Source: an uncultured Pseudomonadales bacterium
GTDB taxonomy: Bacteria; Pseudomonadota; Gammaproteobacteria; Pseudomonadales; CANNCY01
Length of the DNA stretch: 64,000 bases
Direction: 5' to 3'
Assembly (NCBI GenBank): GCA_947503335.1
Contig: CANNCY010000002.1
Span: forward strand, 355,823-419,822
Each line of letters starts with the position of its first letter. Within the stretch, counting starts at the first letter, position 1. Positions 57,385-64,000 of this stretch are shown piece after piece. A program made the translations under genes and the position numbers. The notes under the pieces were generated by a model that worked only from the letters and a program-made list of their open reading frames with translations, had not been told where the DNA came from and did no database searches.

Positions 57385-58488
57385 TTATAAACTCGTTTGT
57401 TCAGTTTGGTACGGAATACGAATACTAATGCGTACACCACCACTTTTACGATTCGCAACTTGAAACGACTGATTCTTGCCGAATAGCTCGCGTAGACGAT
57501 CTCGTGTATTGCTAATGCCTACACCCGACGAACTAACTCGTAAGTGATAGTTCTCTGGCAAGCCTGGACCATCGTCAGTCAATTCTATTAACAGCTCATC
57601 AGCAAATACCTTAGCCGACACACCGATGGTACCGCCATCTTCATTGGCAGAAATCGCGTACTTAATCGAATTCTCTACTAGCGGCTGCAACAGCAAACTA
57701 GGTATTAGCCCGCTACGAGAGGCCTCGTCCATCTCTACCTCAAAGCGCAATCGCTCTTCGAAACGCACTTTTTCGATATCTAAATACAATTGTAGAGCGT
57801 CGACCTCTTGAGAAAGGGTCACTCGCGCCATCGGGTCACTATCTAGCGAATAACGTAAAAAACTAGATAGGCGGGTTACCATGGTATTTGCCGTATCATT
57901 TTCTTTAAGTAACACCAATGTAGAAATAGCATTAAGCGTGTTAAACAAGAAATGAGGGTTTAACTGATAGCGAAGCATTTTTAGCTGAGCCGACTGCGCC
58001 ATTGAGTCAGCTTTTAACGCGCGCTCTCTCTCGGCGAGCATTTGCTGGTAGTACTTGATGGCAAAATAAGCTGCGCTCCAACAGATCATCAACGCAAAAG
58101 CGACACCCACCCCGCTCGAGAAATACGTGTAGATATCAGTAATCGGGGGGCTTTTGTGGGCTTTTTCAGGCGCCACCATGATGTAGTAAAGCTTATTACG
58201 AATCACCCACCAGATAGCCGCCAGCACCATTGACGACACCACTACGGTCATCGCCCGCGCCCACAGCGGCCAATGCCAGCTGCCGCGATAGATATAGCGA
58301 AGTGAAAGCGATAAAACTGCGCCCACAAGGGTAACTACGGGCAGCCACAACACGTAGCGCTCAAAAATGCCGATATATACTAGCTGCGCTAGGTATGTCA
58401 GTGCCCAGGCGGTCCAACCGCCGATATGTAGCAACCAGAATTGAAACTCGCGGTTGTCAAAAAGTCGTTTTGTATCCATGAGACGCAT
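57385..58488 (-). CDS. LytS/YehU-family sensor histidine kinase
   Basis: Four TMs, LRYQLNPHFLFNTLN, IEKVRF, LQPLVENSIKY, DDGPG, GVGISN. Confidence 0.95.
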   Translation of the reverse strand: MRLMDTKRLFDNREFQFWLLHIGGWTAWALTYLAQLVYIGIFERYVLWLPVVTLVGAVLSLSLRYIYRGSWHWPLWARAMTVVVSSMVLAAIWWVIRNKLYYIMVAPEKAHKSPPITDIYTYFSSGVGVAFALMICWSAAYFAIKYYQQMLAERERALKADSMAQSAQLKMLRYQLNPHFLFNTLNAISTLVLLKENDTANTMVTRLSSFLRYSLDSDPMARVTLSQEVDALQLYLDIEKVRFEERLRFEVEMDEASRSGLIPSLLLQPLVENSIKYAISANEDGGTIGVSAKVFADELLIELTDDGPGLPENYHLRVSSSGVGISNTRDRLRELFGKNQSFQVANRKSGGVRISIRIPYQTEQTSL

Positions 58489-58628
58489 TATAACCAGATT
58501 CTATTCGGGTTTTTCGCTATTTACCGTATGTTTTCATCACTCTATCGCACTCAGCCTGCGGGTAAACGAAAGCAAACCAAGATAGACAGGTGTATAATTG
58601 TCTGAGCACCATAAATAGAGCCACCAGT

Positions 58629-61600
58629 ATGCGTCAGTTTGCGCTTTTTATCTTCGTTTTTTTAATGACAGCCTGCAATGCAGTGATGGCTCAATCAGGG
58701 CTACCGTCAGACGATGAGTTAAATGAGATTGTTGACACACAGATCGCAGGGCTCGCCGACGCCCCCGATGGTACCGAGACCGATCAGTTATCAGCCCTGC
58801 TCCAGCAAGCAAATACCCACATAACTGCTACTAAAACCCTGCGCGAACAGGCTAAGCAATACGCTGAAATCTCAGAAAACTATCCACAGCTGCTGGCTGA
58901 TATTCAAAGTAAACTCGACGATATTACTAAGCTTCAGCAAAACTCGTCGATAGAGCAGCTAGCCCAGCCATATCTTGAAAAGTCATCAGATCTAACTGCC
59001 AAACTGAGTACACTACAAAGTGAACTCAACAGCACCAATGCGCAAATTGCTTCGTTACAAGCCCGTCAAAACCTCATTGAGCCAGAGTATCTGTCTACTC
59101 AAAGCCAACTCGAAGCGCTAAATCAACAGCTCAACCAATTTGCTGCGGCCGACCAGGTACCCTCTCATCTAGATTATCTATCAGTCATCGTGCGTATTAA
59201 GCTTCGGGCTGCCAATCTTGAAAAGCTAGAGTCTGAACTGACTAGTTTTGACAACCGCATGTCTCTAGCTCGTACTAAACGCGAACAGTTAAACAATGAA
59301 CTCGCTCTGTACCAATCAATTAACAACCATATCCTGGCGCAGCGCAACAGCGAAAACAAGCAAACAGCGCAATCAATCGCAGAAGACAATTCGCGCCAGC
59401 TTGACTCTCTCGTAACCAATAACGATTATCTAAAGCTGGTCGTTAGTAAGAATAAAGAATTAACCGTATTACTAAATCGCATTTACGAAGACATCGACTC
59501 ACTAATCGAGCAGCGACAGCAGATTGATGCCGATTTTCAGAAAATATCTCAGGCCCACCAGCTTATTAACGAGCAGTTGTCGCTTGCAAATGACGATAGC
59601 TACGTTGGCGAGTTATTGCTAAAACAGCGCGCTACGGTCGTTTCTATTACTAAAAATCATTACGACGGCTCTGCATTCAACAGCCAGCTAACACAGGCCC
59701 GAAGGCTACAACTGCAAATAAACGACGAACAACTATCGCTAGAAAAACTGTTGACCGACGCAAAACAAGAATTGCTAAATGACGACTTAAAGATTGCGCT
59801 TAATTTAATTGGTACTCAGCGCCGAGATCTGTACAAGAAGATTTTAGAAGGTCTAAATTCTGAGATTAGCGAACTGATCTCACTATCGCTAACTAGAACA
59901 AAACTAGTGGCGAAAACAGACGAGATCTTAGATCGAATCGATGAACAACTGTTATGGATTGCCACCAACCAGCCCATCAGCATGCAGTGGTTTATCGATC
60001 TAACCCAAACAATTAAAGCGTTGCCCACTATTTTGGGCTCTAACTCACTCGCTGACACTATTGATAACGCGCCGACTAATCGTATCGTTGCTCTGATCGC
60101 AGGTATCGTTATCTTGTTATGGATTACAGCTTTTAAGGGGCGGCTATATGCGAGAGTGCAATCGCACAACACTCTAATACACCGACTAGCATCTGACAGT
60201 ATTCGATTTACCTTAGAGTCGTTAGCAGCGATATTCTTATTGGCGTTGCGTCTACCTCTACTACTAGTTTTAATTTCGTTTATCATCGCTGCTAGCCATT
60301 ACAACGGCAGTATTGAGGTAGCTATTTCATCGGCACTTGGGCGCTTTGCGTTTTCGTGGTTTATCTTAGATTTCATTCGGCGCCTGCTTCACCCATCTGG
60401 CGTGGCCGTGTTGCATTTTAAAATGCCGGCTTCAATGGCCACGGCACTAAATAGCGTTATCACCCAGAGCCTATACACTATTCCTGTTATCTTAGGCTTC
60501 GCAGAATTTTCATCGGCGTTCTCAGACCAACGCGTTGACGACACCATTGGCCGACTGCTATTTATTTTCTTAAGCCTAATTATCGCCTGGCAATTTAGGC
60601 GTGTTCGCAACATCGTGGTGTCGTTAACACCTGAATCTAAGCAACACGGTTGGCGATTTCAACTGTTCGCAACAGGCTTTGTATTCTGCTATCTAAGCTT
60701 GGTTGTATTGGCGATTGCCTCGGCTATTGGCTATCACTATACATCAATCATCATTGCCCAAGATCTTATTCTCACTCTCTGCGCGGCGCTAGTTACGCTT
60801 TTGGCCTACGCACTATTATTTAGATGGCTATTGGTTACCCGTAAACAGATGTTGTTTACCCAGCTTAAGCAGCAAAGAGAAAACGCTGCCAAACTTGAAA
60901 ACAGCAATCAAACGGCAAGCGAATCTCAAGAATCAGCCAGTGATAGCGCTGAAGCAAAAATCGCAGAAGTGAACTCTATTCAATCGCAGGCGTTATCATT
61001 AGTACGTATTGGCTGCACCATATTACTTATTTCGCTAACACTCATGGTGTGGGATAACGCCGGGCCAATATTTGGAGTGCTCGAAAACACTGCACTTTGG
61101 TCTGGCGTGCAAACCGTTAACGGCGAGAAGACAATAGAAACAGTGTCGCTGCTGAATCTAATCATGGCGATTTTTATTTTATTGATTACCTTCGCCTCGG
61201 CTCGCAACTTACCCGGCCTTGTTGAAATGGCCACACAAAAATACATGCACACTGATGCTGGTGCGCGTTATGCAACGGTTACGCTTACTCGATACCTTAT
61301 TATCGTTGTTGGCGTTATTATCAGCTTCAACGCAATCGGTATAAGCTGGTCAAAAATTCAGTGGCTAGTTGCGGCGATTGGTGTTGGGCTAGGCTTTGGC
61401 TTACAAGAGATCGTAGCCAACTTTGTGGGTGGTTTAGTCATTTTGTTTGAGCGCCCACTGCGCATTGGCGACACCGTAACCATTGGTGATCAAAGCGGCA
61501 CGGTAACCAACATAAGTATGCGCACTACCACCATAGCCGATTGGGATAATAAAGAGATTGTTGTACCCAATAAAATGTTTATCAGTGATAGTTTGATTAA

Positions 61601-61934
61601 CTGGACACTGTCGTCAGACGTTACCCGTTTGCACTTTAGTATTGGTGTTGCATACGGTAGCGATACTGAGCTAACACTTCAGTGTATTAATGATGTTGTG
61701 GCAGCCCATGAAGAGATCTTAGACGAGCCTGCACACAATGTTTACTTCTTACAGTTTGGCGATAGCGCGCTTATTTTTGAAGTGCGATGCTTTGTGTCAG
61801 GGGCAGCACGAAGACTACCCGTAACACATGATTTACATATGAGAATCGACCAGAAACTGCGCGATGCTAATGTTGAAATTGCATTCCCGCAGTTAGACGT
61901 TCATCTTAAAACTGATCAGTTGCAAGACCCATAA
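58629..61934 (+). CDS. mscK: Large MscS-family mechanosensitive channel (MscK/MscM-like)
   Basis: Signal peptide, long periplasmic coiled coil, multi-TM, GVGLGFGLQEIVANF, ERPLRIGD, VPNK, IAFPQLDVH. Confidence 0.85.
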   Translation: MRQFALFIFVFLMTACNAVMAQSGLPSDDELNEIVDTQIAGLADAPDGTETDQLSALLQQANTHITATKTLREQAKQYAEISENYPQLLADIQSKLDDITKLQQNSSIEQLAQPYLEKSSDLTAKLSTLQSELNSTNAQIASLQARQNLIEPEYLSTQSQLEALNQQLNQFAAADQVPSHLDYLSVIVRIKLRAANLEKLESELTSFDNRMSLARTKREQLNNELALYQSINNHILAQRNSENKQTAQSIAEDNSRQLDSLVTNNDYLKLVVSKNKELTVLLNRIYEDIDSLIEQRQQIDADFQKISQAHQLINEQLSLANDDSYVGELLLKQRATVVSITKNHYDGSAFNSQLTQARRLQLQINDEQLSLEKLLTDAKQELLNDDLKIALNLIGTQRRDLYKKILEGLNSEISELISLSLTRTKLVAKTDEILDRIDEQLLWIATNQPISMQWFIDLTQTIKALPTILGSNSLADTIDNAPTNRIVALIAGIVILLWITAFKGRLYARVQSHNTLIHRLASDSIRFTLESLAAIFLLALRLPLLLVLISFIIAASHYNGSIEVAISSALGRFAFSWFILDFIRRLLHPSGVAVLHFKMPASMATALNSVITQSLYTIPVILGFAEFSSAFSDQRVDDTIGRLLFIFLSLIIAWQFRRVRNIVVSLTPESKQHGWRFQLFATGFVFCYLSLVVLAIASAIGYHYTSIIIAQDLILTLCAALVTLLAYALLFRWLLVTRKQMLFTQLKQQRENAAKLENSNQTASESQESASDSAEAKIAEVNSIQSQALSLVRIGCTILLISLTLMVWDNAGPIFGVLENTALWSGVQTVNGEKTIETVSLLNLIMAIFILLITFASARNLPGLVEMATQKYMHTDAGARYATVTLTRYLIIVVGVIISFNAIGISWSKIQWLVAAIGVGLGFGLQEIVANFVGGLVILFERPLRIGDTVTIGDQSGTVTNISMRTTTIADWDNKEIVVPNKMFISDSLINWTLSSDVTRLHFSIGVAYGSDTELTLQCINDVVAAHEEILDEPAHNVYFLQFGDSALIFEVRCFVSGAARRLPVTHDLHMRIDQKLRDANVEIAFPQLDVHLKTDQLQDP

Positions 61935-63651
61935 CAGATTCGCTGCCCGCACGAATGGTCTGCTCTAGGCCATTCACACGCGGTAAGATACGCTGCTCAT
62001 AAAACGCCGCAACCGCGCGCTTATTAGTAGCTAGCTGACTATCTGCATCCTTAAGGTGATCAAGCTGCAAACCGAACATGTAGTGGTAAAGCACATAGCC
62101 CACAACATGCAGGTACTCAACGCATGACGCATTTTCAAGGTTAGGATCACCCTGATGCTGTTCTACTAAGAACTCGGTTAGACCGCGTAAGGTGTTAGCA
62201 GACCCAGCCAGCGCCTTATCACTGGTTGAAGCGGCAAAGGCATCGATCTCATCGATCAAGCTAAACATCCATTCGCCACCATTGGGTAGCAGCTTACGCT
62301 TAACCAAATCTTGCGATTGAATGCCGTTAGTGCCCTCATAGATCTGCGCAATGCGCACATCACGAACTAGCTGCTCTTGACCCCATTCACGAATATATCC
62401 GTGACCACCAAATACCATCTGGCCTAGTAACGTAATATCTAAACCCATATCGGTTAAGAACGCTTTAGCAACCGGCGTTAATAGCGCTTGGCGAGCTTCG
62501 GCCTGCGCTTTTACTTGAGGATCTGCAGCACGCGAAGCCGTATCCATTATCTTACCGATGTATACAGCCATTGCTCGGCCACCCTCATTAAGGGCACGCT
62601 GAGTCATTAGCATGCGGCGTACATCTGGATGCTCAACAATTGCATCGGTTTGACCCTTAGGCGCGGTAGATGCAGGCGCTCGGCCCTGATGGCGATCTAA
62701 TGCATAATCACGTGCTTGCTGATACGAGTGCTCACCTGCACCTAAGCCCTGAATACCAATCGCCAAACGCTCATAGTTCATCATAGTGAACATCGCATTA
62801 AGACCACGATTTACTTCGCCCACAAGGTAGCCTTTTGCACCTTCGTAGTTCATTACGCAGGTAGCTGATGCCTTGATACCCATTTTGTGTTCGATTGAGC
62901 CTACGCTCATACCGTTGCGCTCGCCTAGGCTACCATCTTCGTTGACCATAAACTTAGGTACTAAGAATAACGAGATACCCTTAGGGCCGGCCGGCGCATC
63001 CGGCAGTTTAGCTAACACTAAATGAATGTGGTTTTCAGTCATGTCGGTGTCGCCACCGGTGATGAAAATCTTGTTACCGGTTACTTCGTATGAACCATCA
63101 GCTTGCGGTATAGCTTTTGTACGAATGCCGCCAAGATCGGTACCTACGTGTGATTCAGTTAGCGCCATCACACCCTGCCAGCGACCTTCATATAAAGGCG
63201 GCAAGTAGGTTTGCTTTAGCTCTTCACTCGCGTGTGCATCAATACACAAACAAGCACCAGCGGTTAGCGCAAGATACGTTTGAAACGACTGACTAGCACC
63301 ATAGATAATTTCGCTGATCATAATGGTAAGCGGTTTAGGCATACCTTGGCCGCCGTACTCTGGATTACCGGTTACACCAACCCAGCCGCCTTCAGCGAAT
63401 TCTTTGTAAGCTTCTTTAAAGCCCTTTGGTGTAATCACCTGACCATCTACTAGCTTACAACCCTCTTCGTCGCCCTCGCGATCAATGGGGTCTAGCACAC
63501 CTTCAGATAGCTTTGCCGCTTCTTCTAATACTGCGTTAACTAGTTCTGCATTGAAGTCTTCTAAACCCTCTAAAGACTCCCAGTATGTTGGCAGATCAAA
63601 TACGTCGTTGATCAAAAATTGGATGTCGTCTAATGGCGCTTTATAAGCCAT
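61906..63651 (-). CDS. Acyl-CoA dehydrogenase (about 590-aa type)
   Basis: MALTESHVGTDLG, GNKIFITGG, EHKMGIKAS, GGHGYIREW, IYEGTNGIQ. Confidence 0.93.
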   Translation of the reverse strand: MAYKAPLDDIQFLINDVFDLPTYWESLEGLEDFNAELVNAVLEEAAKLSEGVLDPIDREGDEEGCKLVDGQVITPKGFKEAYKEFAEGGWVGVTGNPEYGGQGMPKPLTIMISEIIYGASQSFQTYLALTAGACLCIDAHASEELKQTYLPPLYEGRWQGVMALTESHVGTDLGGIRTKAIPQADGSYEVTGNKIFITGGDTDMTENHIHLVLAKLPDAPAGPKGISLFLVPKFMVNEDGSLGERNGMSVGSIEHKMGIKASATCVMNYEGAKGYLVGEVNRGLNAMFTMMNYERLAIGIQGLGAGEHSYQQARDYALDRHQGRAPASTAPKGQTDAIVEHPDVRRMLMTQRALNEGGRAMAVYIGKIMDTASRAADPQVKAQAEARQALLTPVAKAFLTDMGLDITLLGQMVFGGHGYIREWGQEQLVRDVRIAQIYEGTNGIQSQDLVKRKLLPNGGEWMFSLIDEIDAFAASTSDKALAGSANTLRGLTEFLVEQHQGDPNLENASCVEYLHVVGYVLYHYMFGLQLDHLKDADSQLATNKRAVAAFYEQRILPRVNGLEQTIRAGSESVMGLATDQF

Positions 63652-63665
63652 GGTACGCTCCTTAC

Positions 63666-64000
63666 CTAGTAACCTGCGTCAAACTGTGCTTCTGACATTG
63701 TCATCAGGCTAGTTGCGTCAGTAGACATGGTCGCAACTAGTGCACGGGTACGTGGCAAGATGCGCGCAAAGTAGAACGATGCAGTCTCAAGCTTAGCGGT
63801 ATAAAAAGCTTCTTCTTCAGTTCCTGCGTCTAGGGCCGCTTTAGCCGTTAACGCCATACGTGCCCAGAAGTAAGCTAGTGATACATAGCCGGCATACATC
63901 AAGTAGTCTACAGATGCTGCACCTACTTCGTCTGGGTTTTCCATCGCACGCATGCCAATGTTCATAGTGATCTCGCCCCACTCTTTGTTTAGCTTAGCGA
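63666..64000 (-). CDS. Acyl-CoA dehydrogenase, C-terminal part (5' end outside the window)
   Basis: GAASVDYLMYAGYV...FYTAKLETASFYFARILPR; frame is open to the window edge. Confidence 0.88.
   Translation of the reverse strand, partial: AKLNKEWGEITMNIGMRAMENPDEVGAASVDYLMYAGYVSLAYFWARMALTAKAALDAGTEEEAFYTAKLETASFYFARILPRTRALVATMSTDATSLMTMSEAQFDAGY

Noticed and set aside
58564-58580. AAACGAA/AAACCAA as a LytTR binding repeat
   Set aside because: Too short and degenerate to support without comparative data.
512-63208. Many 60-156 aa ORFs in the track that lie antisense or out of frame within larger genes (e.g. 3842-4198, 24870-25259, 43167-43538, 50805-51224, 55572-56039, 59816-60286)
   Set aside because: They are shadows of well-supported genes and show no recognisable motifs.

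Overview
Chromosomal window from a gammaproteobacterium, probably marine and TonB-receptor-rich (taxonomy is inferred, not established). Genes are tightly packed, and I found no rRNA, tRNA, CRISPR array, prophage or transposase. Recognisable modules: a cobalamin-riboswitch operon (ABC ATPase, permease, cobQ, cobO, btuF); LysR/pirin; soxR with a canonical SoxR box driving a VOC protein; an OmpR-type two-component pair divergent from a DUF4153-like membrane protein; a TPP riboswitch, TonB receptor and pnuC separated by an antisense 2OG-Fe(II) oxygenase; a secreted GH2 beta-galactosidase; a two-esterase fusion; a TPR-sulfotransferase, sglT and a large TonB receptor; SPFH with an Arc-like protein; puuC and speB; a LytS/LytTR pair co-oriented with HlyD and a C39 peptidase ABC exporter; mscK; two acyl-CoA dehydrogenases. 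Best candidates for undescribed biology: (1) the LytS/LytTR-HlyD-C39 exporter locus, with an unannotated 37-aa uncharged antisense peptide and a hairpin burying the HlyD RBS and AUG; (2) an 18-bp operator shared by puuC and the large TonB receptor, suggesting TonB-dependent polyamine uptake next to a TPR-sulfotransferase; (3) a possible non-contiguous thiamine operon; (4) a TGATATCA-N3-TGATATCA operator on the SPFH/Arc operon. All product calls come from motifs read by eye, not from database searches.
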